Part shown: positions 9,918 to 21,569 of the stretch, piece after piece
How positions within the stretch are numbered: position 1 is the first letter of the stretch
Layout of the letters: each line of letters begins with the position of its first letter
Source of the DNA: Prasinococcaceae sp. CCMP 1430
Taxonomy: Eukaryota > Plantae > Prasinodermophyta
Length of the DNA: 63,367 bases
Direction: 5' to 3'
Assembly (NCBI GenBank): GCA_013416795.1
Contig: RQSC01000518.1
Coordinates: 1 to 63,367 of the forward strand
Notes under the pieces: model-generated
The model's input: only the letters and a program-made list of their open reading frames with translations
Told to the model about the DNA's origin: nothing
The model's database searches: none
Program-made: the position numbers and the translations under genes

Positions 9918-11078
9918 ATGTCGTCCCACCACGCGGGCGTGTCGCCCCACCACGTGTACGGCGCGCATGCTCACGGTGGCGCTCTCAACGGTGGGCATGG
10001 GAGAGACACGTCGTCGGGATGGAAGGCGATGGAGCACTTCATGGCCACCCTGTCGCTCATCGACCCCGATGCTGATACTGTCAGCGTCGACGCGGCCCCT
10101 GCGGGCAGCAGCGACAGAGGCGCAGGAGAGGCCACGGGCGCTGGCGCGGACAGACAGCCAGGTGCGGGGGCGGGCTCTGCGCGCGTGGGTGCAGACGAGG
10201 GCCCTCGCGCGTGTGCGAGTGGCAGGGCGCACGCCGACGCCGGTGTGGGTGCGAGGGGTGGCACCAACGCGAAAGGGCACGCACACGACGCTGCCACGGC
10301 CGTCGGTGCGCACAGCGGTGGCTCGCACCCCCACGGCAAAAACCGCAGCGTCGGGCTCAACTTTAACGCGAAGGGTCAGGCGGTGCTTGACCTGAGAAAA
10401 GGCAACCGGTTGGAGGACATCGTGTCCGCGGCGCACCGCACGCCTGAAGCGCTCAAAAGTGTTGGCGCCGTGCGCCTGCGCAAATACCACCTCTCAATGC
10501 AGAGGCTCGTCGAGCTGCGCGCGATGTTCGCCGACGCCGACGTCGACGCCAACGGCGACCTCAATGACGCGGAGATCGTGAGCTCCATGCAGCGGCGGCG
10601 CGCCCTTCGCACAGAGAGCACCGTACGCATGTCTCGAAAGGGCGGGAAGTACACGCGCCTGGCGGAGGAAACAGACAGGCTCGAGAAACTCAAGATGGTG
10701 CGCTCGGCGATCGAGCGCTTCGGCGGCAAACTCAGCTTCAGAAATTTCGTCGGCCTCATGCTGCCATATACGACGCGCTTCGAGCGAAAGATGGTCGAGG
10801 ACGTGCTCTTCCCTAAAAGCGAGGTAGCTGTCGAGGAGGAGAAGGTCACCACCGAGCAGGACAGCGCCGCATACATCTCTGCGCTCTTCGAGCAGATGGA
10901 CGAGGACGGCTCTGGCGAGCTGGACATCTGGGAGTTCAAGGACATGATGCGCAAGCTCGGCGTGGACGACCCCGATGAGATCGCACAGTACTTCCGCGAG
11001 ATCGACGAGGACGAATCGGGGCGGGTCTCCGTCGAGGAGTTGACCGAGTGGTGGGTGGCCAATGGGTTGTCAAGGTAG
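9918..11078 (+). CDS. EF-hand calcium-binding protein
   Basis: EF loops DVDANGDLNDAE, DEDGSGELDIWE and DEDESGRVSVEE; His/Gly-rich N-terminus. Confidence 0.8.
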   Translation: MSSHHAGVSPHHVYGAHAHGGALNGGHGRDTSSGWKAMEHFMATLSLIDPDADTVSVDAAPAGSSDRGAGEATGAGADRQPGAGAGSARVGADEGPRACASGRAHADAGVGARGGTNAKGHAHDAATAVGAHSGGSHPHGKNRSVGLNFNAKGQAVLDLRKGNRLEDIVSAAHRTPEALKSVGAVRLRKYHLSMQRLVELRAMFADADVDANGDLNDAEIVSSMQRRRALRTESTVRMSRKGGKYTRLAEETDRLEKLKMVRSAIERFGGKLSFRNFVGLMLPYTTRFERKMVEDVLFPKSEVAVEEEKVTTEQDSAAYISALFEQMDEDGSGELDIWEFKDMMRKLGVDDPDEIAQYFREIDEDESGRVSVEELTEWWVANGLSR

Positions 11079-11457
11079 ATGCGACCGTGCCCGTGTGTGT
11101 CAAGCGAGCACCCCTGCTAGCGGCTTGAGGCAAACGCGCGCGTGCGCGCGAACTCGAGCATCGATCAGCCAAGCTTCGGAAAAAAATGCGGTGCCGCCTA
11201 TGGGGCACCTGTCGTTACATGCATGATACAATTATATAGCTATAAACACTGTGTCCGTGGTCTGCGAAGCTCGCATGTTGCAGATCCACCCCATCTCGTC
11301 TGTCGTCACACTCCGTGTAAAGTATCTGTACATACATTCCAGGACAGAGAGGAGAGATGCGAGGGGTCGGACGTCGCCTTGCGTGTGCACCGCCGCAACT
11401 GGGTCCACACGGCGCCGAGGCCGGTAGCTACGTGGTAGGGCAATATCGCGGGAGCGC

Positions 11458-13115
11458 TCACTTGTGCTCGAGCATCATGTTGTTCTCTGGAGGCAGGCCC
11501 ACGCACGCGCGCATGATGTTCTCGAGCATCGCACGCTGCTTCGCGAGGGCGTTCACGACAGGAGTGCCCTCGGGCACCAGCGGCGCCTTGGTGAGATACG
11601 AAAGCAGCACGGCGACCGGGTGGAAGCCGTGGAACTCCTCGCCGTCCTTCCTGAGTTCGATGCGCGTAATGAGTTCGGCCAGCAGCACCAGGTCGAGAAT
11701 GATGGGCGCTGCGAGCAGCGAGTCCTCACACGTGTTGTGCATGACGATGGTGTTCTTGCCATTCATGAACAGCTCCGAGGTGTACTCGTCCATCGCACGC
11801 TTCGAGTCACCCACGTACGGCAGGTACTTGATCACGACGATGTGATCGGGCGACTCACCGGCCTCGTACAAGATTTCGTTGGACTCGACCATGTCGTCCA
11901 CGACGTTCGACTTGGAAATCTCCTTCGAGCGGAAGCAGTTCGGCTGGCTGAGGTTGTAGCCGTCGTTGTTGCCGAGATGGTTGTAGCTCACAATGGACAT
12001 AGGCTTGAGACCCGCGCCCACCAGGAAGTCGACGAGCACGGACTTCATCTTGGTCTGACCTGACTTGAAGTCGTCACCGCCGATGAGGCTGCGCTCCTTG
12101 ATTGCGTACTCGATGACGCCCGGAACGAACGTGTTCTGCGGCGAGCCGTTGACAAAGGGGACCTTCTCGGCGATGCACGCCATGGCGAACATGGTCGAGG
12201 GCGAAATCTCCTCGTGGTCGGCGTCGATGGCCTTCTCCAGGTTCTCGTGGGTGTCATGCACCCCCGCCTGCACATCAGTGTAGCGCTCGGTGTTCGCGGT
12301 CCACAGCACGACGAGCGAGTCGCAGCCATTCTGCTCCTTGAACTCGCGCATCTGCTGCCTCACCATCTCGATGCGCTCGCGCTTGGTGCCCTTGAGCACG
12401 TTGTCCGCGCGCTCTGCCTGATTGGCCGCGATGTAGCTCGGTTCGTAGATGGTCGGCAGCGGCTTCATGTCCCTCATGTAGGGGGCCACCTGGCGCTGCA
12501 GGTCGTAGTCGAGGACCTGCGCTCGCTCCATCGCCTGGACCATGTCCGTGCCACTGATGTCCCAGCCGCCGATCACGATGTCGTTCGGATCCACCATCGG
12601 CAGAATCTTACCGAAGGGCACGTGCACCTCGGCGCCGTTGAATGAACCCATGCGCGCCGTCGCCGCCTGTGTGAGCGACCCCCAATAGTTTGCCCTCTTG
12701 ATGCCCTCCTGCGATGAGCCAGCGCGCGCGCGTCAGCTTCGGACGGCAGCGCAGGCGGCGCACTCGCGATCGGCCGCCCTTCACGGAATGGAATGGCGGC
12801 AGCCGCACACTTCGGGCGCGAGCGCGATGTGCCGTCGCTCACCTTGGTCTTCCAGCTAATATCCTCCCTGTTGGCGATGATGCCAGCGGTCACCGTGGTG
12901 CCGTTGTTGCCACCCCAGCCCACGAGCATGACGCCGAGCTTGGGCACCTTGGTGCTCGTCTTGAACTCGTACGTGTGCTTTTCCGGCGCGACCTCCAGCT
13001 CGCCGTCGGGGCCCTCGCGCACGGCGGTCGTGTTGTACTCGTACGTCGCCTCAATCGCGTCGGCCGCATAGCGCACGTTGGGGCTCGCGACCTTCAGGCC
13101 ATCCTTGCAGAGCAT
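11458..13115 (-). CDS. INO1: myo-inositol-1-phosphate synthase (2 exons; intron 12709-12842)
   Basis: [37 protein letters not shown] and [10 protein letters not shown] signatures. A GT-AG intron restores [14 protein letters not shown]. Confidence 0.97.
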
Positions 13116-14365
13116 GGCTGCGCCTCCGGACGGCCGGGCGATGGGATTGAGGGGGGGGCGCCGCCAGGCTGCGCGCGCCAAGTGGCGCGCTGCGCGGCGG
13201 CGCGGCGGCGGGCGCTGCAGCGCAAATGTCCCTCGCGCCGCCGCCGCCGCGCCTCCGGAGCCTCCCGCGCGCGCGCGCGAGGGCCGTTCGCACGCAAACT
13301 TTCCGGAAACGCCGGCGCGAAAACGACACAAAACCGCGAAACCACGCACCGGTCGGGCCTCGACGCCGCGCGCCGCGCGCCGCGCACAACACGAGCAGCA
13401 GAAGCAGACGCGCGCCTCGCCTCTGTGGCTGGCTGGGGCATTTTCCCGCCGATTTTCCCGCGCGGCGGCGCGCGCGCGCGCGCCGCCGCCGAAAACGGAT
13501 CGAGACGTGGGGCGGCCCGCCCCCGCCCCCGCCCCCGCGCGCACCCTTCAACAGCCCACCGACCGACAGACGGACGACGCTCGTCGCATCACCATCATCA
13601 TCATCGTCTAATTTTCATGGCCAAACAACACGAACAAAACCGACACACCGACCAAGAAGTGCAGCAGTGGCCGACGCGCCAATGATTGGGCCCGTGGGGC
13701 GGCGCGCGTGTGTGGCCTGAAAACTTTGCGGCGGATCCATGCCGCCGGATCGAGCGGCCGCTGGCTGGCGCGCGCGCCGCCGCGCGGCGGGCGCGTGGGG
13801 ACGAGGGGGGACGCGCCCCCGCAAAAAAAAAAAAAAGATGGCAGAAACATGGGTCCGCCGCGACGCGCGCGCGTCGCGCCGAAAACGAAAACCGCGCGCG
13901 CCCCGCGAGTGCTGCGCGTGTTTTGATCGGGAGTTGCGTGCGCTTGGTTTCGCGTTTCCGCTTTTCGTCAGCGCGCCCGCGGTTTTCATGCCAGTTTTCT
14001 GTTTTTGTGTTATTTTATTTTATTTTATTTGCGGGGGGAGCGGCGGCGCTCCGCTCTGGCGTTCGTTTCGACCGCGCGCGTTTTTCGCGGGGACGTTTCG
14101 CGGATGCGCATTAGTTCCGCCGGCGGGCCACGGAGGCGCGGGCAGGCAGGCAGCAGGTTCCGCCTGCGCTCGGCCACAGGCCACGCGCGCTTCTGCAATA
14201 GATTAACGCCGACGCATCCCAGCACATCCAATGCAACTTCATTACACCTCCCTCCCGCCATGGGAGGGTGGGATACATACTGTAGGCGGCAGGGGACTGG
14301 TGCGAGGAGGGGTGCCGCGGCGGCCCGCTCTGCGGCTCGACGCGCGGGGACTGAGCCCTGTGCGA

Positions 14366-16781
14366 TCACATCAGGTCTGAGAATCCGAGGCCCTCCATGA
14401 CCGCCATCCTGATGCGCGCGTCGACCACGTCCTCGAACTCCGCGCGAACCTTCTCGCTGACCGCGTCCTCCACGGGCGCCTGGCGGCGCGAGAAAGCGCG
14501 GAGCTGCCCGAGCACGAGTTCGCTCTCCTGCGCCCTCTCCTCCGCCTCGCCACTGATTGCATCGGCCGCAGCACCCTTGAAGCCCTTGAGCACGCTCAGC
14601 ACCGGCCCCGAGCCCACCTCGCCACCGTCGACGCTCATGTCGGCCGGCCCGGACGCGACGGCCGTGCGCAGCAGCTCCCAAGGAAAGGCGGCCTTCCACG
14701 CGCCCTTCGCCTCGGATCCGAACACCCATCCCACAACGGCGTCTGTGTCGAGCGCGCCGATGTCGAGCAGCTTGGACGTCGCGAAGACGAGCTGCTGCGG
14801 CGCCGCCGCCCAGAAGCGCGCCGTCGCAGCCATTGCGCTCGCCCGCTCGTCGGCGGCCGAGCAGATGCCGACCAGCGTCTCCTTGTATCTGTCGAGCAAG
14901 ATAGTCGTGTGGCTCAAGCTCGCAGCGCCGAGCTTCAGCAGCGTTTGCACCGCCACAGCGGCCGCGGCAGACGCCCCGTGCGCCTCGGCCACCGTCCCCT
15001 GGAGCCACTCCAGCAGATCCTCCGCGGTGGCTTTCGAGCGCACCTTGTTGACCATCTCCTGCGCCGCCGCGCACAGCTCGGGGGGTGCGCCGCCGCCGTC
15101 GGCGTAGGCGAACGCCGGGAGCGGCTCGGGAGGAAGCAGCGCGTGCAGCTGCTCGGGGATGCACTTCTGTGTATGCTCGTAGTACGAGAGTCGCACGAGC
15201 GCGCCGAGGGTCTGTTCCACGAACATGCGCTGCGGGTGGAGCGAGTCCTGCTCGGTGACGTCCATCCACGAGTCCCACGCCCAGCCGAACTTGAAGTTGG
15301 ACATGTGGTGGGCCAGCCAAATCGCCAGGCGCTCGCGGCACTCGACGTCCAGCTTGGTCATGCGCAGAAACAGCACATTCGCGGTGGTGAGCAGCGCTTT
15401 CGGGAAGGTCTGCGGCAGGGCCTTGCACAGCTCCATCATCACTGTGCCGTAGAACACCTCGGGGAAGGCCGGCCGAGGCAGCGCGAGCATCTGGCCGAGC
15501 AGCACCTCGGCCAGCAGGAAGTGGCTCGGCTCGGGGCACTGCAGGTGTACGAGCTCACCCACCAGCTCGGGTTTCCAGCCGTTGAAGCTCTCCAGCGAGT
15601 CTAGAACCAGCTCCTCCATCAACGCCCGATCCGACGGGCAGAGGCCGCAGGCCGTCTTTGTTGGCGGAAGCAGCGAATACGTCCAGCGCCCCTGCGGGAG
15701 CTGCGGCACGTCCGCGGCAGCGACGCCCAGGCTGGCAATATCGTGCTGCTGCGCCTTCTCCAGGTGCATCTTGAAGTCGTCGAACACCCGCTCGAAAATT
15801 CGTGCGCCTTGGGGCTCCTGCTGCTCGCCGCTCGGGACCGTCGCTCCGCCCGCCGCGCGCAGCTTTTCCCAGATATCTTCCATCGCCAGGCGCATCACGC
15901 CCTTGTCGCCTGAGATGATCTGACAGCCCACGCGGGCGGCCTTGACAGGCGAGGGCCGCCCCCCCATATAGCGCTCAAGAGCGGCCACGAGCGCCGCGTA
16001 CTCCTCGGGCGCGCGCCGCGCCACCTCGTGCTCGGCGATGGGCAGCCCCGACACCACAAAACCGGCCACCGCATCCGCCGACTCGTGCCTGCCCTCGCTC
16101 TGGCACGCGATCGCCAGCTCGGTGAACTCGAGGAACGTGCGCGCGAGCGCCGCGGGCGAGACCACATCGGTGAGCACCAGCACCGACCACAAGCGGCACA
16201 GCGCGCGGCAGCGGAACGTCTGGCCCGCGGCGAGCGCCTCGACAAGCACTTGCCGCGTTCGCTCGACGAGCCCGCCCACCCACTCGTAGGTGTCGGTGTT
16301 CAGCAGCCCAATCACCGTGCCGTATATGCTCGCCTTGGTGGGCACGCCCGCCGCGCACTCGACGATGGTTTCGGAGATCTGCACCGGCGGGCGACGGCGC
16401 GATCAGCACGTGAGTGCGTGCGGCGGGGCGCGCGACTGTCAGCGCCACGCACGCTGCGCCGCGGCGCGCCCGCGCGCGCTGCACGCAGCACTCCCGCGGG
16501 CGGGTCAAACGCGCGCGCGCCCTCTGCACCGCCAGGCGGAGCACCGCGCTGACGGGGGGCGCCGCCGGCGCCGCGCGACGCACCACGGTGTCGTAGTGCT
16601 CCAAGTCAATCTTGAGCGCGCCCGCCAGCTCCGCGATCTCGTTCACCACCGTGAGGTTGGGGTCGAGGTACCGCCTGCCGCCGAGCGCCACGAGCGAGCC
16701 GCGGATCGCCTCCTGCGGCGAGGGCGGCGCCGGCTCGTGGTGCCGCGGCCGTTTGTTGTTGCGCCCCTGCTGGTGCGCCAT
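14366..16781 (-). CDS. CBP80: Nuclear cap-binding protein subunit 1 (CBP80/ABH1); intron 16379-16583
   Basis: ECAAGVPTKASIYGTVIGLLN, LAIWLAHHMSNFKFGWAWDSW, LVRLSYYE: MIF4G-like CBP80 motifs. Basic N-terminal NLS-like NKRPR. Confidence 0.9.
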
Positions 16782-16864
16782 CCCTCCGAGGCACCCGCTG
16801 CTCGAGCGCGGACGACCGCAGGGAGGGCCCCGCACCCCTGCTCGGCGCCGCCGCCGCGCCGCGG

Positions 16865-17191
16865 NNNNNNNNNNNNNNNNNNNNNNNNNNNNNNNNNNNN
16901 NNNNNNNNNNNNNNNNNNNNNNNNNNNNNNNNNNNNNNNNNNNNNNNNNNNNNNNNNNNNNNNNNNNNNNNNNNNNNNNNNNNNNNNNNNNNNNNNNNNN
17001 NNNNNNNNNNNNNNNNNNNNNNNNNNNNNNNNNNNNNNNNNNNNNNNNNNNNNNNNNNNNNNNNNNNNNNNNNNNNNNNNNNNNNNNNNNNNNNNNNNNN
17101 NNNNNNNNNNNNNNNNNNNNNNNNNNNNNNNNNNNNNNNNNNNNNNNNNNNNNNNNNNNNNNNNNNNNNNNNNNNNNNNNNNNNNNNNNNN
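16865..17191. other. Assembly gap (327 N)
   Basis: Run of N. Confidence 1.
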
Positions 17192-18309
17192 GCCCAGGAA
17201 CGGACCCGTGCTCGCGAGCCCGAGCGGGCGGACCGCGCGCGCCGACGCGCCCGCCCGACCAGCCGCCGGACCCGGCAACGGGGCGCATGAGGCGGACCGA
17301 CCGACACCGACCGAGGCGGAACGAAGCCGTCGCGCATGGCGCAACTAACAGACCCTCTTTTCTGGTCAAAACCTAAACCTGGGCGCCCCAAACTGCGGCC
17401 TCCGACCGAGCCGAGGCCGGGGCCGGGGCCGGGCTGCCGCTCCGCTGCCGGGGCTCCCACGCAGGGCTCCCCGGCCGCGCGCCTCGCCGCCCCGGCTGGC
17501 TGTTCGCGCGCCCACAGGTCAGCGGCCCTTCAACGCGAGCACGTGCATGCTTGCATGATACCGCCACCGTCCGTCCGCACGTACAGACAGGCGTGCTGGC
17601 GTTTTCGCAGGCGTGCGGATGTGCAGGGCGGAGGCTCGAAGGCACATGCAATGCAGGGGGCGCGCGGCCGCGGGGCGGCGGGAAAGGACGGGGGACGCAC
17701 CGATGCGCGTCGGCGCGGCGCGCGTTCGCCTCGCCGAATTCGTCCCCGAATCCGTCGAGTTTTCCTTTGCGGGTGATGGATGGATGCGGAGCGGGGAGGG
17801 AGCGAAAAAACCAAGATGGTGAAAAAACGCGGCACGACAGTCTGAAAGTGGAGAGAAAAGGAAAAAAAAACGCATTTTCCCTTCTCCTTCCGTCCGGTCG
17901 GTTGTGTGTGGTGGGGGAAAAGAGCATCGATTTTAGGTGTTGTCTGTTACCCGCAGTTCCATCAATTGATGGCGAATGTGCGTGGAATGAACGCAACGAT
18001 GGCCATCCGATCGATCGATCGACAGGCCAACGACGGGCCGAGGCGCCCCCCCCCCCCCACACGACCCGGGGCGCGCGCCTCGCCGGGCGCGAGCGCCGCG
18101 CGGCATCCCTGCGGAACCCAGGAGGTGTATGGGATTCGATGGAGCGTGTGCTCGCGAGCGAAGAGCGCGGCATCCGCGCAGAATGCGCGGCGGGCGCGCG
18201 CGCGCGCGCGGCAAAGGGGGACAGCAGAAGCCCGCGGGCGCCGCGCGGCGGAGGCGTTGGCGCCGGTTCGAGAGGGGGAAAACGCGCGGCGCGCGCGCGC
18301 ACGAGCGCG

Positions 18310-19821
18310 ATGCTCGCGGAGCTTGACCACGCCAAGCTCATCACGCGGAAGACGACGCAGCCGCTGCCCAAACCCCCCGATGAGGCGCTCGGCTTCGGCA
18401 AGGTGATCGCGGATCACATGCTCAAGGTGCGTAAGAGCGAGGAGCCGTGGTGTGTGTGCGTGTGCGTGTGTGTGGTGGTGAGAGAGGGGGGGGGGGAGAG
18501 GGGCAGAGAGAGGGCTTGCGGATGCACAGCCGCGAAACCTGCGGAGAGGCGTGCGCTCTGGTCGCCTGCGCTCTCGGTGCACGCGGCAGTTGCCGTGGGC
18601 CCCGCGGCACTTCTTCGGCGAAGCGCGCGCTCTCGAGTCGGCCCACCGCGGTGCTCGAGCGCGGGCCGCCCGCTCGGCCGAAGCGAACGCGCGCTGACGC
18701 GAGCCGTGCGCTCCCTTCGCACCGCACCCACCCCGTACATCTCCCGCGGGCCGAAACGCGACCCGCGAAAAACGGTGCTGCCGCCGCGCCGCGCCGCTCG
18801 GCTCCGCTCCGCTCTGCGCCGCGCGCAGTGCACCTGGCGGGCCGACACGGGTTGGGCACCCCCTGAGCTGGTGCCCTCAGGGCCCATCGCCCTCCACCCG
18901 TTCAGCCACGTCTTGCACTACGCCATCGAGTGCTACGAGGGGATGAAGGTATACCGCGACAGCAGCGACAAGCTCCGCCTCTTCCGGCCGAAGCTCAACA
19001 TGAAGCGATTCCACGAGAGCTGCGAGCGCTTGTGCCTGCCGGCGTTCTCCCAGGAGGCGCTGCTGCGGTGCATCGAGGACCTCGTGCGGCTGGACGGCGA
19101 CTGGGTGCCCCGGCAAAAGGGCTACTCGATGTACATGAGGCCGGTCGCCTTCTCCACGACGCCGTGGCTTGGGCTGACGCAATGCAGCGAGGCCATGATA
19201 TTCGTGCTGCTCAGCCCGGTGGGCCCGTACTTCAAGTCGGGTTTCCAGGCCATCAAGCTCGCCGTCGAGGAGAAGCACATCCGTGCCTGGCCGGGAGGCG
19301 TCGGCGCTGCCAAGTGCGGTGGGAACTACGCGCCCACCGTGCTCCCTCAAATTGAGGCGGCGCGCGCGGGCTGCTCGCAGGCGCTCTTCTGCTACGGGAA
19401 GGACCAAATCGTCACCGAGGCGGGCACAATGAACATCTTCTTCCTGTGGGTGAACGAGGACGGCGAGGAGGAGCTCATCACTCCCTGGCTTGACGACGGT
19501 TGCATCCTCCCCGGCATTACGCGGCTATCGGTGATCGAGCTGTGCAAGAGTTGGGGCGAGTTCAAGGTGACGGAACAGGCCGTCAAGCTCGCACCGCTGC
19601 TCAAGGCGTCCGAGGAGGGCAGGTTGCTCGAGTGCTTCGGCACCGGCACCGCGGCCGTGATTCAGCCCGTGAAGAGCCTCACGTATGAGGGGAAAGAGTA
19701 CACGCTTCCCATCGCGGCGACCGGGGAGGCCTCGGGGCCCATCGCGATGAGGGTGATGCAGCAGCTCGGCGACATCCAGAACGGCGAGGTGGAGCACGAG
19801 TGGTCGCACGTCATCGACTGA
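18310..19821 (+). CDS. BCAT: Branched-chain amino acid aminotransferase (class IV PLP); intron 18427-18828
   Basis: LGFGKVIADHML, LHYAIECYEGMK, LFRPKLN, RAWPGGVGAAKCGGNYAP, EAGTMN, ILPGITR, FGTGTAAVI. Confidence 0.95.
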   Translation: MLAELDHAKLITRKTTQPLPKPPDEALGFGKVIADHMLKVRKSEEPWCVCVCVCVVVREGGGERGRERACGCTAAKPAERRALWSPALSVHAAVAVGPAALLRRSARSRVGPPRCSSAGRPLGRSERALTRAVRSLRTAPTPYISRGPKRDPRKTVLPPRRAARLRSALRRAQCTWRADTGWAPPELVPSGPIALHPFSHVLHYAIECYEGMKVYRDSSDKLRLFRPKLNMKRFHESCERLCLPAFSQEALLRCIEDLVRLDGDWVPRQKGYSMYMRPVAFSTTPWLGLTQCSEAMIFVLLSPVGPYFKSGFQAIKLAVEEKHIRAWPGGVGAAKCGGNYAPTVLPQIEAARAGCSQALFCYGKDQIVTEAGTMNIFFLWVNEDGEEELITPWLDDGCILPGITRLSVIELCKSWGEFKVTEQAVKLAPLLKASEEGRLLECFGTGTAAVIQPVKSLTYEGKEYTLPIAATGEASGPIAMRVMQQLGDIQNGEVEHEWSHVID

Positions 19822-20303
19822 CTCCGTGCGCCCGATCCTCGCAGCCGAAAGCCGTGAAGTCGTGGTTCCTCGCCTGTTCGCCGAGGCTGCCCGACTTTTT
19901 CTCTAGCTCTAGGTCTCCACATAGCTGCCGATAGCATGGTGTGCGCTGGCTGAACGAAGGCTGACGTCGACGCGCAGGGGATAGGGGTGGAATGGGTGGG
20001 TGGGAAGGAGTGAAGTGGGGATGAGGAGGGGAGACCGGGGATGGGATCGCTCGGGCGTGAGCGCGGTCCCCTCAGGACACTTCCGCTGAACGCGCAGCGC
20101 TCAGCGGTTTTTTCCGAGTCCTCTAAGTCGCCCTTATGTATCAATGGTTCGAGTCAGTCCGCAGCAGCGAGCGCCAGACAGTCACACGCACCGCATCACT
20201 TATTGAGAGCGCAAGCGCCACGAGCACAATGTTGAACGCCTCGAGCCCCTAAACACCCCCCCACGCTGACATGCGCATGCAGCCGTGAATGGCGGCCTTC
20301 GCG

Positions 20304-21091
20304 CTACGCCGCCGCTGTGACCGTAAATGACTTGAGCACCATGCCGAGGTCTGCAGCGAGTGCGTCCGTCTCCTCAGTCCCCTTGTCCTTGCATTGCGCG
20401 TTGAGGATGTACAATTTGCTGCCCGTGATGGCGACCGCGTTGAAGACGTGCTTCTTGCCGCGGGTCGAGTCAAGCACGTACTCGTACGTGAAGAGCTCCG
20501 CCGCACCGTCGCTCGGTGCTCGCTTGCCGCTGTCGACAAGGTCGATGGACTTCGTGGACTCTTTGGCCACCTCTGCGGCGCGCAGCTTGACCCACACGTC
20601 GTCCACCCCGCCGAAGGACGATAGGCTATCGACCTTGACGGGGTTCACCGTCACGCCAACCTGCGCGCGCCCGCGCGTGCGCGCGACGGGCAGATAGGCG
20701 CAACGGAGGTCGGGGCGCGCACACGGCGTCAGCGACGCGCGACGCACGCAGCCGGTGCGCAGCAGGCCCACGCCAGCCCCCGCAGCTGCGAACGCACCGA
20801 GTTCGACCCGAAGAGCGAGCCATCCGTCGTGTAGAATGTCGAGCCTGGCTTGTCCTGCGGCGACCATCCCTCCGCAGGCACGAGCAGCGAGAAGCCGTTC
20901 GTCGTGTCGTCGTACTGCTCGAAGCGCGAGCTCTCCTCGCCGTCGCCGGCAGCGGGCGCGGACGTCGAAGCCTCATCTCCGCCGTCGGCCCGCGCGCTTC
21001 GGGGCGGCGTGCCCGCCGCCGCGAGCGCCGCGAGCGCCGCAGGGCCACGCTCGGCCGCGCGGCCGCGCGACGCGCGCGCGGCGGCCGCCAT
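20304..21091 (-). CDS. PPD2: PsbP-domain thylakoid lumen protein, PPD2-like; intron 20661-20797
   Basis: YDDTTNGFSLLVP, VGVTVNPVKVDSLSSFG, AEVAKESTK, YEYVLDSTRG, KLYILNA, all resembling plant PPD2. AxA-type lumenal signal end (SARA). Confidence 0.8.
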
Positions 21092-21569
21092 CCCGAGCCG
21101 CGACCCCAAGGGATCACCTCCCGACCCAACAGCCCCACCTCCCACGCTCACCCGACCCACCGTCCGCACCCGCCACGCGCGTGCTGTGGGCCCCAGCGCC
21201 GCCCGCAGTGCAGGTCTTGCGACGCGTGCGTGTGCCGCCCGGCCGCCTTATCTTTTATCCGCCCGCGCAGGACACCGAGATGAACCCCGGTCTGTGCGCG
21301 GTGATCGCGGGTCAATGCCACCAAGACCTGGGAAATCAATCGGAATGACACGCTCATACCGTGGCCAGGAGATAGACCGGGGTTGACGCGGGCTGTGGAG
21401 TGGTGGGTGGTGCCCCCCACAGGGGGGCATGCCAAATCATGTACGCGTGCTCATGCCGCCACGGGGGCCGCGCGAGCAGAGGACGACGCGAGGTGCGAGG
21501 CGCGCGACCGCAGGCGAGAGGGAGGGACACACGCAGACAGAGCGGTATTTACCGGGGGAGCTCCGCCCG

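Noticed and set aside
17369-17380. AAACCTAAACCT as a telomerase RNA template or telo-box
   Set aside because: Only two hexamers, not the AAACCCT unit; no recognisable promoter, pseudoknot or terminator nearby.
17551-18309. Long N-terminal extensions and the many overlapping or antisense Arg/Ala/Pro-rich ORFs across the window
   Set aside because: Expected from stop-codon scarcity at very high GC; no domain motifs. Stop-free 3n introns (BCAT, claudin-like) are explained the same way.
20090-20170. GGTTCGAGTC, a tRNA T-loop/B-box-like word
   Set aside because: No T-stem, acceptor stem or cloverleaf can be built around it.
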